In this document: in pieces, positions 1 to 9,774 of the stretch
Layout: each line of letters begins with the position of its first letter
Numbering within the stretch: the first letter of the stretch is position 1
Assembly (NCBI GenBank): GCA_036402955.1
Contig: DASWRX010000197.1
Span: forward strand, 472 to 64,471
Source: Thermoanaerobaculia bacterium
GTDB lineage: Bacteria; Acidobacteriota; Thermoanaerobaculia; Multivoradales; UBA5704
DNA: 64,000 nt
Direction of reading: 5' to 3'
Position numbers and translations under genes: made by a program
The notes under the pieces: model-generated
Seen by the model: only the letters and a program-made list of their open reading frames with translations
Database searches by the model: none
What the model was told of the DNA's origin: nothing

Positions 1-738
1 ATCGACGAGTGCCGCCGGCGGACGCTCCAGCACGTCGAGCTGCCGCCGGATGAGAGCTTCGTGGTCGAGTCCGTGACCGGCAAGTCGTGGAGCGGCTACA
101 ACTGGTACCAGGGCGGCTCCCACAGCCTGATCCAGGTCAACACGGACCTGCCGATCTATATCGACCGCGCGATCGACCTCGCCTGCCACGAGGGGTACCC
201 GGGGCACCACGTCTACAACACGCTGCTCGAGCAGCACTTGGTGCGCGACCGCGGATGGATCGAGTTTTCGGCCTATCCGCTGTTCTCGCCGCAATCATTG
301 ATCGCCGAGGGGACGGCGAACTTCGGCATCGAAGTGGCCTTCCCCGGCGAGGAGCGGACCGCCTTCGAGCGCGAGCGCCTCTATCCACTGGCCGGTCTCG
401 ATCCCGCCACGGCCGGGCGCTACGCCGAGGTCCAGCGGCGACTCCAGGGCTTGGGCTACGCGGGCAACGAGGCGGCCCGCCGCTATCTAAACGGCGAGAT
501 CTCCCGCCAGGACGCCGAGGCCTGGCTCGTGCGCTACGCCCTGATGGCGCCCGAGCGGGCGGCGCAGCGCGTCCGCTTCATCGATCAGTACCGGAGCTAC
601 GTGATCAACTACAACCTCGGCCAGGACCTGGTGCGGCAGTCCATCGAGAAGCGCGGCGGCACCGCCGGCCATCCCGCCAGGCGCTGGGAAGAGTTCACGC
701 AGCTGATCTCCTCGCCGCGCCTGCCGTCCAGCCGCTAG
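1..738 (+). CDS. DUF885-like protein, C-terminal part (5' end lies outside the window)
   Basis: Frame 1 is open from nt 1 to the stop at 736-738. Contains HEGYPGHH, the HExxPGHH motif I associate with the DUF885 family. GC3-rich codons. Confidence 0.6.
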   Translation: MDECRRRTLQHVELPPDESFVVESVTGKSWSGYNWYQGGSHSLIQVNTDLPIYIDRAIDLACHEGYPGHHVYNTLLEQHLVRDRGWIEFSAYPLFSPQSLIAEGTANFGIEVAFPGEERTAFERERLYPLAGLDPATAGRYAEVQRRLQGLGYAGNEAARRYLNGEISRQDAEAWLVRYALMAPERAAQRVRFIDQYRSYVINYNLGQDLVRQSIEKRGGTAGHPARRWEEFTQLISSPRLPSSR

Positions 739-2810
739 CCCGCCTTGCGCATGCTCTTCTCCGCTTCGTCCAGGGCCGCTTTCAGCGCTTCGATCTCCTC
801 GTCCTCGAGCGGCTGGCCGCCGAAGCTCTCGCGCAGATAGAACTCGATGACGCGCGCCGCGGGAGCGGCGGCGGCGGGATAGCGCACCTCGGCCTCCCGC
901 CGTACGGCGAGCGGCGGCACCGAATCGGGCAGGGACGAGCCCGCCCGGCCGAGGCGGCGGCGGAGGCGGCGATAGGCGGCGGTGGCGGTGAGCGGCGGCC
1001 GCAACCGGAGATAGAGAATCCACACGGCCGCGGCGACCAGCGTCAGCCCCAGCGCCACGGGCAGCGGCACGTCCGGCAGGCCCCGGTGGCCCGCGGGCTT
1101 GGCGGCGCCGTGGCCCAGCACGTCGAAAGCCGACGGGGAGGAGCGCGCCGCGGGCTTCTCCTCGTGCCTGAACTTCGACCAGAAGTCGGTCCACAGCTCG
1201 CGCAGGCTGCCGAAGATGCGGAGCTGGTCGTAGAGGCCGAAGGTGAGGACGTAGCGGTCCCACCGGAAGATCATGAAATCCCACGCCTGCTGTGCCAGGA
1301 GCATAGCCCCCTCGGTGCCGCCGGCCGGCCGGCCGGCCGGCGGCGTGGGATCGAAGATCCGCCACCCCTCGCCGATCAGGTAGGCCTCCACCCAGGCGTG
1401 GGCGTTGTTCTCCCGCACGATGTAATACCCCTCGAACGGGTTGTACTCGCCGCCCAGGAAACCGGTCACCAGCCGCGCCGGGACCCCCTGGGAGCGCAGC
1501 ATCAGCACCATCGACGAGGCGAAGTACTCGCACTGCCCGCTACGGTAGCGGAAGAGGAAATCCTCGATCGGGTTGTCGGCCGAGCGCCCCATGAAATCGA
1601 GGGTGTAGGTGTAGTTGTCCACCAGGTGATTCTCGAGCCGCCGGACCCGTTGCGCGGCCGTCCCCTGGCCCATCACCTTGGCCGCGAGGGCGGCGATCTT
1701 CGGCGTCACGCCGGTGAGATCGAGCGTGGGATCGGCGGCGCCCGCCGGGAGAGCGCCGGCGAGCACCGGCGAAGCGGCGAGGCCCACCCGGTACTCGGAG
1801 ACCTCGAGCGGATTGAAGGGGAACGACACGGCGCCGCCGCCGTCGATGGTCAGCGTGGACGACCGCGGCTCGACCACGGCGGTCTCGACCGGCAGCGGGA
1901 CGCTCTGGCTGTGGAGCGGCTGGAGGAAGATGGTGGCCCAGCGGACCGGCCGCGCCGGGCCGAGGCGGAACCGCACCCCCTGCCCGCGCTGCAGGATCCC
2001 GCGCGTGGGCGAGCGCTGCCAGGTCCCTCCCTGGTAGACGTCGTAGGTGGCGGTCTTGAAGCGGATCTCGCGGTCCGGGCTGGCCGCGGTCTCGTTGAGC
2101 ACCCGCATGACCACCTCGCGGCTGCCGCGGATGCGGCCGATCGAGTCGAGCGTCACCTGATCGGAAAAACCGGCGGCCTCCAGATTGGCGCCGGCGCCCG
2201 CGCCGCGGCCGACGATGAACGGCGCGCGCACGCGGGGAAGGAGCAGGAAGAGCGGCACGGCGATCACCAGCACGGCGACGGTGGCGAGCAGCAGAAACCC
2301 GCGCAGGGGAATGCTGGCGAGCGCCGGGTCCTCGCGGCCGAAGCCGGAGAGGACGTGGAGGAAGGCGAAGCGCGTCAGCAGCACCAGGGTCAGCGCCAGG
2401 AAGCCGACGAGATAGAGGACGATCGTCGGATGGACGCTGGTGCCCATCGCGGCCAGGAACAGGAAGAAGATGCCGATCGACGCCTGCCACTTGTCGCGCT
2501 CGCGGACGATGGCGAAGAGCTTGACCAGCAGCGCGAACAGGCAGAGGCGGAGCACCGGCCCCACCAGCGCGTGGGAGACGACGAAGATGTCGAGGAAGAA
2601 GAGCGGCAGATAGGCCAGCCCCAGCACGTTCATCCCCCAGGGCGGCAGCCAGCGCAGGGGATCCAGGCTCGCCCGGCGCAGGAAATAGACGATCCCCGCC
2701 AGGTAGAGGATCACCATCGGCCAGCCCACGGCGCCGTTGAACGGCAGCGGCAGGGGAGCGAGCAGCGCCAGCCACCCGAGCAGGAGCCGCTTCTGCCGGC
2801 CGAAGCTCAT
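735..2810 (-). CDS. Transglutaminase-like membrane protein (TgpA/DUF3488-type)
   Basis: 691-aa ORF. Several N-terminal hydrophobic helices are followed by a transglutaminase core (RSGQCEYFASSMVLMLRSQGVPARLVTGF ... NNAHAWVEAY). 4-bp overlap with the upstream DUF58 gene. Confidence 0.85.
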   Translation of the reverse strand: MSFGRQKRLLLGWLALLAPLPLPFNGAVGWPMVILYLAGIVYFLRRASLDPLRWLPPWGMNVLGLAYLPLFFLDIFVVSHALVGPVLRLCLFALLVKLFAIVRERDKWQASIGIFFLFLAAMGTSVHPTIVLYLVGFLALTLVLLTRFAFLHVLSGFGREDPALASIPLRGFLLLATVAVLVIAVPLFLLLPRVRAPFIVGRGAGAGANLEAAGFSDQVTLDSIGRIRGSREVVMRVLNETAASPDREIRFKTATYDVYQGGTWQRSPTRGILQRGQGVRFRLGPARPVRWATIFLQPLHSQSVPLPVETAVVEPRSSTLTIDGGGAVSFPFNPLEVSEYRVGLAASPVLAGALPAGAADPTLDLTGVTPKIAALAAKVMGQGTAAQRVRRLENHLVDNYTYTLDFMGRSADNPIEDFLFRYRSGQCEYFASSMVLMLRSQGVPARLVTGFLGGEYNPFEGYYIVRENNAHAWVEAYLIGEGWRIFDPTPPAGRPAGGTEGAMLLAQQAWDFMIFRWDRYVLTFGLYDQLRIFGSLRELWTDFWSKFRHEEKPAARSSPSAFDVLGHGAAKPAGHRGLPDVPLPVALGLTLVAAAVWILYLRLRPPLTATAAYRRLRRRLGRAGSSLPDSVPPLAVRREAEVRYPAAAAPAARVIEFYLRESFGGQPLEDEEIEALKAALDEAEKSMRKAG

Positions 2811-3874
2811 CCCGCGAGCCTCGCGGGCGACTCGCGGTCGAGGTGGACGCGGATCTGCGGCGAGCGCGGATCGCCCGCGGCGAGCGGCTCGTCGGCGAGC
2901 GGCCGCGGCTGGACCAGGGCCAGGGCCTCCAGGACCGCCAGCCGCTGGCGCTGACCGGTCGCGAAGCCCAGGGAACGGTCGCGCGTCACCAGCTCGACCT
3001 CATAGCCGCGCGCCAGGTGATCGACCGCGATCGTCGCCGCCTCGCTGACCAGCCGCTCGAAGCGGCCCTGCTCGGCCGCGTCCTTGAGCTCGCCCACCGC
3101 GTTGTCGAAGACGATCGACAGCCGCCGGCTGCGCTCGGAGGTCCGCTCGGTGAACACCAGCTCGCCCGTGCGCGCCGTCTGCTTCCAGTGGATGCCCCGC
3201 GGATCGTCACCCCGGCGGAAGGCGCGCAGGGCGTAGAGGTCGTGCCCCCAGCCGCTGCGGCGGCTCACGTCGTCGCCCATCTGCTCGGACTCCTCGGGGC
3301 GGCTGCCGCCGGCCGGGAACAGCTCGGGGAAGACCAGCAGCTCGAAGTCCACGCGGTAGCGCACGCCCTTGCGGAAGAAGCCGAAGGGGAAGAGGCTCGA
3401 GACGTGGGCGTAGGGGAAGGCGTGGAAGCCGCGCGTGCCCACCATCATCTCGAGCTGGCCGACGCTCTTGCCCCGGCGCGGCAGGTAGGGAATGAGCAGC
3501 GGCGATCCCGAGCGGGCGAGCGTGAAGAGCAGGAACCAGCGCGGGAAGACGAGCGCCCGGCTCTGCAGCCTGAAGCCCACCGCGAACGGCCGGTTGGCGA
3601 ACACCTCGCCGGGGGAATCGAGCTCCGCCTCCAGGCCGCGGACGTTCTCGCGCGACACGACCCCGGAGAGGATCAGCACCGAGAACATCAGCGCCAGCAC
3701 CATGTAGAGCGCGTTGTTGCCCGTGTTGGTGGCGGCGATCGCCACCAGCACGGTCAGCAGCACGTACCAGAGCCCCACCGTGGTGATGCGGATCCCCTCG
3801 GGCGCGGCGCGGCGGCGGGAGAAGAACCCGCCGGGCCGCCGGGCCGCCGGAGCCTCCTGCCGCGGGAGCGTCAC
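2807..3874 (-). CDS. DUF58 domain protein
   Basis: 355-aa ORF with two N-terminal TM helices and the motif GDDPRGIHWKQTARTGELVFTE typical of DUF58. 4-bp overlaps with the MoxR gene and the transglutaminase gene. Confidence 0.85.
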   Translation of the reverse strand: MTLPRQEAPAARRPGGFFSRRRAAPEGIRITTVGLWYVLLTVLVAIAATNTGNNALYMVLALMFSVLILSGVVSRENVRGLEAELDSPGEVFANRPFAVGFRLQSRALVFPRWFLLFTLARSGSPLLIPYLPRRGKSVGQLEMMVGTRGFHAFPYAHVSSLFPFGFFRKGVRYRVDFELLVFPELFPAGGSRPEESEQMGDDVSRRSGWGHDLYALRAFRRGDDPRGIHWKQTARTGELVFTERTSERSRRLSIVFDNAVGELKDAAEQGRFERLVSEAATIAVDHLARGYEVELVTRDRSLGFATGQRQRLAVLEALALVQPRPLADEPLAAGDPRSPQIRVHLDRESPARLAG

Positions 3875-4833
3875 AGGGGCACCGGCGTCGCCGCCACCAC
3901 CCGATCGATCGCCTTCCTGGCCTGGTCGAGGTCGGCCGTCCCCCGCTTGAGGGCGACGCGGTGCGAGAGCACGGGAGCGGCCAGGCGCTGCACGTCGTCC
4001 GGAATGACGTAGCCGCGCCCTTCGCAGAGCGCCAGCGCCTGGGCGGCCCGGAACAGCGACTGCAGGCCGCGGGTCGACACCCCGAGGAGGAAGTCGCCGC
4101 CGTGGCGGGTGGCCTCGGCGAGCGAGAGCATGTAGTCCGCCAGCTTGTCGGCGACGCGGACGCGCGCCACCCGCCCCTGGAGGTCGAGCAATCCCTCCCG
4201 CGACAGGACGGGCTCGAGATGGTCGAGGAGGTCCTCGACGCCGCCCGACAGCAGCAGCTCCTTCTCGTCCGCCCGCGGCGGATAGCCGAGCGACAGCGAC
4301 ATCAGGAAACGGTCGAGCTGCGACTCCGGCAGGGGGAAGGTGCCCTGGTACTCGAGGGGGTTCTGGGTGGCCAGCACGACGAAGGGCTCGGGGAGCGAGA
4401 ACCGCTTGCGCTCGACCGAGACCTTCCGCTCGCTCATCGCCTCGAGCAGGGCCGACTGGGTCTTCGGGGTCGCGCGGTTGATCTCGTCCGCCAGCACGAC
4501 GTTGGCGAACAGCGGGCCGGGCACGAACTCGAAAGTCTGGTTCTTCTGGTTGTAGATCGACACCCCGATGATGTCGGACGGCAGCAGGTCGCTGGTGAAC
4601 TGGATGCGCTGGAAGGAGAGCCCGAGCGAGCGCGCCAGGGCCTGGGCCAGGGTGGTCTTGCCGACGCCGGGGACGTCCTCGAGCAGGACGTGCCCGCGGG
4701 CGAGCAGGCAGACGGTGGCGAGGCGGATGACCTCGCGCTTGCCGCGGATGACGCGGGCGACGTTCTCCTCGAGCTGGCGGATCGGCTCGGCGGCGTGGAG
4801 CGCGTCGCTGGTTTCGACGGCGATGGATTCCAT
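3871..4833 (-). CDS. MoxR-family AAA+ ATPase
   Basis: Walker A (GVPGVGKTT), Walker B region (VVLADEINRATPKTQSALLEAM) and a size of 320 aa, typical of MoxR. Confidence 0.9.
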   Translation of the reverse strand: MESIAVETSDALHAAEPIRQLEENVARVIRGKREVIRLATVCLLARGHVLLEDVPGVGKTTLAQALARSLGLSFQRIQFTSDLLPSDIIGVSIYNQKNQTFEFVPGPLFANVVLADEINRATPKTQSALLEAMSERKVSVERKRFSLPEPFVVLATQNPLEYQGTFPLPESQLDRFLMSLSLGYPPRADEKELLLSGGVEDLLDHLEPVLSREGLLDLQGRVARVRVADKLADYMLSLAEATRHGGDFLLGVSTRGLQSLFRAAQALALCEGRGYVIPDDVQRLAAPVLSHRVALKRGTADLDQARKAIDRVVAATPVPL

Positions 4834-4909
4834 CGTAATGGCTTACGCTGAGGTCCGGACGGTTGTTGAGGTTGCAATTATAGAGAAGAATTCCTGCGTC
4901 CGCCTCAGC

Positions 4910-5503
4910 CTACCGGCCCAGGCGCTCCTCGACCTGCTTCCAGAACGCCGGGATGTCGAGATGGATTTCCGGCAGGACGCGGGAACGGTATTCGGGGCCC
5001 CTCTGCATTTCGACCACGAACCGCCCGCCCTCGTTGACCAGGAACTGGAAATGCCGCGCGACGGGATCCATGGGCCAGTACTCGCGGACTCCGGCTTCGG
5101 CATACAGGCCGAGCTTCTGCTCCCGGTCGCGGCGGGACGTCCCGGGCGAGAGGATCTCGATCACCAGGTCCGGAGCGCCCTCGATGCGTTCCTGGACGAT
5201 CTTCCGCCGGGCCGCCGAGATATAAAGGATGTCCGGCTGGACCACGGAATGATCCGCGAGATACACGTCGAGGGGGGCCACGAAGACCTGCCCCCCGGTC
5301 TCCATGGCGATGTCGTCGAGGAGCCTGGAGAGGAGGAACAGGACGATCTGGTGCAGGATCGATGGGCTCGGACTCAAATAGAACCTCCCGAAGATCAGCT
5401 CGCAGCGCGGCTCGTCGGCCAGCGCCTCATAGTCCTGACGGCGGTATGGACCGAGGTCGGAGTCGGGGTAGAGCGGAAGTTCCTTGAGCAGAGCGACGGC
5501 CAT
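4910..5503 (-). CDS. Uma2-family (DUF820) putative endonuclease
   Basis: PD-(D/E)xK-like core (VQPDILYI ... APDLVIEILSPGTSRRDREQKLGLYAEAGVREYW). Start taken at the internal ATG at 5503 (MAVALLKE). The longer ORF to 5713 would run over the recA start and promoter region. Confidence 0.8.
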   Translation of the reverse strand: MAVALLKELPLYPDSDLGPYRRQDYEALADEPRCELIFGRFYLSPSPSILHQIVLFLLSRLLDDIAMETGGQVFVAPLDVYLADHSVVQPDILYISAARRKIVQERIEGAPDLVIEILSPGTSRRDREQKLGLYAEAGVREYWPMDPVARHFQFLVNEGGRFVVEMQRGPEYRSRVLPEIHLDIPAFWKQVEERLGR

Positions 5504-5528
5504 GGCCCTAAGTATATCCCGGAGGGAT

Positions 5529-5557
5529 TTGACCGCCGCATTACCGTCTTCTAAGAT
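5529..5557 (+). promoter_or_regulatory. Putative sigma70-type promoter of recA
   Basis: TTGACC (5529-5534), a 17-nt spacer, then TAAGAT (5552-5557), about 105 nt upstream of the recA ATG. An AAGGAG ribosome-binding site lies just before the ATG. Confidence 0.4.
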
Positions 5558-5661
5558 GGGGGGCAGAACCAGCGGCGCACGCCCTCCCTCCCGCGACCGA
5601 GGAAGCGACGTAGAATACGAGCTCCCGGATCCCCCCGGAGCTTGAAGGAGCGAAAAGTCAC

Positions 5662-6702
<1,041 letters not shown>

Positions 6703-6707
6703 GAAGA

Positions 6708-6745
6708 CCCCCGGGCGACCTGCGGCCGCCCGGGGAGAATTTCCC
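6708..6745 (+). terminator. Possible intrinsic terminator after recA
   Basis: 9-bp GC stem CCCCGGGCG (6709-6717) pairing with CGCCCGGGG (6727-6735), with a 9-nt loop, starting 7 nt after the recA stop. The U-tract is weak (AGAATTT). Confidence 0.4.
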
Positions 6746-6762
6746 TCCGAAGGTCGGCTGTT

Positions 6763-9700
6763 ATGCTTGCCGCCATGCACCGCGTACAGTCGATTCTCGC
6801 CGGTAATCTCTTCGTCTGCCTTGCTCTCACGTTTCCGCTGGGAGCCGCTCAGCTTCCGTGCCGGCCCTGCGCCGGCCTTCGCCTCTACCCCGCGCCCGCG
6901 GCTCCGCCGGCGGCGGATGCTCAAGGGGCCGCTCCCGTGGCCACTCCGGAGGACCTCGCCCGCGCCCTGAAACCCGGCGGCCTGGCGCCGGGAAGCCCGC
7001 TCTTCGTCGCCTGGGAAGTGCCGCTCTCCGCGAATGCCGGCACGGACGCCGCGGCCACCGCGGCCACCCTCCGCATCGTCGCCGACAGCGGCGCGACGCC
7101 CTGGGTCTCGCTGGTCTTCCGCACCCCGCCGCCGCTCGCGCAGGGCGCGGAGCGGCTCCAGGCGGAGCTGCGCGTCGCGGCGGACGTGGCTTCGAAGGCC
7201 CCCGCCGGCACCTGGTTCCAGGTGGTCTGGCGGCCGGAGACCGGCGAGCTCTCCCCCTCCGAGTATGCCTTCCTGCTGAAGCGGGCCGCGGTGACGCTGA
7301 CCGGCGCCCAGACGGCCGTGAAGGTGGCCACCGAGGCGCTGCCGGCCGATCCCAAGCTCCTCCAGGCCTTCTACGCCGAGGAGGTGGCCGCCTACGTGGA
7401 GGCCGTCGCCCTCCAGCCGGCCGGATCGGAGGCGCTCAAGGCGGCGATCGACGCGGTGCAGAATCTCGATCCCGGCCGGCCGCTCGTGCTCGACGCGCTG
7501 CCGGTGCCCACGGAGGGGGCCGATCCCGCCGAGATGCTGGCCAACGCCGCCCGCGATTCGGTGCGCGGCATCGACCTGACGCTGTTCCGGGCTCCCGGTC
7601 TCGAGACCATCCGGCTCGTCCCCGTGCTCTCGCCGCTGGTGCTGCTGGCCCGCGAGTTCCAGGGGGACCTCGGCTACGACCCTGGCCTGTCGCCGTCGGG
7701 CGCCGCGGAGGCCTGGACCTTCGTCCGCAAGGACCTCGCGCTGCGGGTGATCGCCCTCACCGCGGCCGGGAAGGACAGCCTGACGCTCCGCTTCAACGAT
7801 CCCCAGCTCCGCCGCCCGGTGCGCTTTCCCATCGGCCGCCAGCGGGCGCTGCCGCCGAGCGGCCAGGTGACCGGCGACGCTCTCGAGCTCCAGGTGCCCT
7901 CGCCCGGCCGCGTCACCGTGCTCGGCCTCGAGCGGCCGACCGCCGCCGAGCTCAAGGGGGTCGAGGAGAAGGTGACCGTCTCCTCGCAGCGCGAGATCCC
8001 CGTCGAGGAGATCCTGCGGCGGCTCCAGGCCTTCGAGGACGCCCAGAACCGGAAGCTCGAGCACTACAGCGCCCTCAACACGACGTCCCTGCGCTTCCAG
8101 CCCTCCGCCGGGACCAACGCCATCGAGGCGACCCTGCAGGGGCCGTTCTTCTTCGATCCCAGGACCGGCTCGGACTGGGCGTGGCAGACGCTCTACGTCA
8201 ACGGCGTCCGCTGGCGGGGGAAGACCCTGCCCGAGATCCCACTGATCCAGCCGGAGAAGGCGGCGGCCCTGCCGCTCGAGATCCACTTCACCAAGCAGTA
8301 CCGCTACCGCCTGCGCGGGTCGGACCGCATCGACGGCCGCGACGCCTGGGTGGTCGACTTCGCGCCGGCCGGCCCGGACCAGAGCGGCAGGCTCTATCAG
8401 GGATCGGTCTGGATCGACAAGCAGCTCTACTCCCGGCTGCGCACCCGGGCCGTGCAGATCGGCCTCCAGGGGGAGGTGCTGTCGAACGAGGAGACGATGT
8501 TCTACTCCCCCGTGGATGCCGCCGGCCAGACCGCGCCGTGGTCGGCGCAGAGCTACGTGCTCCCCCTGCGGCTGGTGGCCCAGCAGATCCTCTCGGTGGT
8601 CAACAACGCCACGGTGGTGGAGCGCGAGACGAAGCTGACGGAGGTGCGGATCAACGGCGCCGGCTTCGAGGAGGCCCGCAAGCAGGTCGACGCTTCGGAC
8701 GTAACCATGGTGCGCGACACCGACAAGGGGCTGCGCTACCTGGTCAAGAACCCGCAGGGCGAGCGGGTGGTCAAGGAGGGGTTCGCCGTCAGCAAGCTGT
8801 TCGGGGTCGGCGGCCTGTTCTACGACGACGCTCTCAGCTATCCGCTGCCGCTCGCCGGCCTCAACTACTTCTCCTTCGACTTCAAGGGGACCGGCCAGCA
8901 GGTCAACCTCTTCTACGGCGGCGTCCTGCTCGTCGCCAGCGCCGCCCAGCCGCGCTTCCTGGGCAGCCGGTTCGACGTCGGGGCCAGCGCCTTCGCCCTC
9001 GCCGTTCCCTTCACCGATACGTTTTACCGCAACGGTCGCGAGGTCAAAGCCGAGGCGGTCAAGCAGCTCCCGGCCAACGTCGGTTTCAAGATCGGCCATC
9101 CGCTCGGCAACTTCGTCAAGCTCGACAGCGAGTACCAGATCCTCTACTTCCACTACGGCACGGCGAGCGACGCGTCGAAGAGCTTCGTGGTGCCGAGCAG
9201 CAATTTCACCCATTCCTTCTCGCTGCAGACGAGCTTCGCCCGCTCGGGCTACCATCTCCAGGCCTCCGGCAGCTACAACGTCCGCTCGCAGTGGGATTTC
9301 TGGGGTCTTCCCGGGAACACCGACTACAGCAAGGACAAGAAGAGCTTCCTCCGCTGGGACGCTTCGGCGAGCAAGAACTGGTACCTGCCCAGGTTCCAGA
9401 AGCTCGGGCTCGAATTCGACTACGCCTCGGGCTCGAACCTCGACCGCTTCAGCAAGTACCAGTTCGGCTTCTTCGGCGGCACCCGCGTCCACGGCTACAA
9501 GAGCAACAGCGTGCGGGGGTCGAGCGTGTACTCCGGCCACGCCTCCTACGGCTTCGAGATCGGCGAGGCGTTCCGCCTGGACGGGGTCGCCGACGCCGCC
9601 CTCGCCACCGACCGGGAGACCGGGCTCGACCGCAAGCTGCTCGCCGGCGCGGGCATCGCCGGGACGTTCATCGGTCCCTGGCAGACGGTGGTCAACCTCG

Positions 9701-9774
9701 ACGTGGGCAAGCCGGTGGCCGGCCCGGACCACGGGTTCGTGCTCTATCTGGTATTCCTGAAGCTGTTCAAGTAG
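6763..9774 (+). CDS. Large secreted or outer-membrane protein (LolA-like middle domain, C-terminal beta-barrel-like region)
   Basis: 1003-aa ORF with an N-terminal signal-like segment (NLFVCLALTFPLGAAQ). The middle region YRYRLRGSDRIDGRDAWVVDFAP...GSVWIDKQLY resembles LolA-like lipoprotein-sorting folds. The C-terminal ~350 aa has alternating aromatic/polar strands and ends in LKLFK. Confidence 0.7.
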   Translation: MLAAMHRVQSILAGNLFVCLALTFPLGAAQLPCRPCAGLRLYPAPAAPPAADAQGAAPVATPEDLARALKPGGLAPGSPLFVAWEVPLSANAGTDAAATAATLRIVADSGATPWVSLVFRTPPPLAQGAERLQAELRVAADVASKAPAGTWFQVVWRPETGELSPSEYAFLLKRAAVTLTGAQTAVKVATEALPADPKLLQAFYAEEVAAYVEAVALQPAGSEALKAAIDAVQNLDPGRPLVLDALPVPTEGADPAEMLANAARDSVRGIDLTLFRAPGLETIRLVPVLSPLVLLAREFQGDLGYDPGLSPSGAAEAWTFVRKDLALRVIALTAAGKDSLTLRFNDPQLRRPVRFPIGRQRALPPSGQVTGDALELQVPSPGRVTVLGLERPTAAELKGVEEKVTVSSQREIPVEEILRRLQAFEDAQNRKLEHYSALNTTSLRFQPSAGTNAIEATLQGPFFFDPRTGSDWAWQTLYVNGVRWRGKTLPEIPLIQPEKAAALPLEIHFTKQYRYRLRGSDRIDGRDAWVVDFAPAGPDQSGRLYQGSVWIDKQLYSRLRTRAVQIGLQGEVLSNEETMFYSPVDAAGQTAPWSAQSYVLPLRLVAQQILSVVNNATVVERETKLTEVRINGAGFEEARKQVDASDVTMVRDTDKGLRYLVKNPQGERVVKEGFAVSKLFGVGGLFYDDALSYPLPLAGLNYFSFDFKGTGQQVNLFYGGVLLVASAAQPRFLGSRFDVGASAFALAVPFTDTFYRNGREVKAEAVKQLPANVGFKIGHPLGNFVKLDSEYQILYFHYGTASDASKSFVVPSSNFTHSFSLQTSFARSGYHLQASGSYNVRSQWDFWGLPGNTDYSKDKKSFLRWDASASKNWYLPRFQKLGLEFDYASGSNLDRFSKYQFGFFGGTRVHGYKSNSVRGSSVYSGHASYGFEIGEAFRLDGVADAALATDRETGLDRKLLAGAGIAGTFIGPWQTVVNLDVGKPVAGPDHGFVLYLVFLKLFK

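Noticed and set aside
87-2954. Very long ORFs antisense to or out of frame with recognisable genes. Examples are 87..2954 +, 5872..9732 -, 11074..13500 +, 15643..18528 +, 41488..43926 -, 46032..50162 - and 60985..63651 -.
   Set aside because: They are Arg/Pro/Gly/Ala-rich, lack any motif, and fully overlap genes with clear family signatures on the other strand or frame. These are typical stop-poor shadow frames of ~70% GC DNA.
5558-5661. Search for a LexA/SOS box between the putative recA promoter and the start codon.
   Set aside because: No CTGT-N8-ACAG, GAAC-N4-GTTC or GTTC-N7-GTTC type dyad is present. Only an isolated GAAC was seen.
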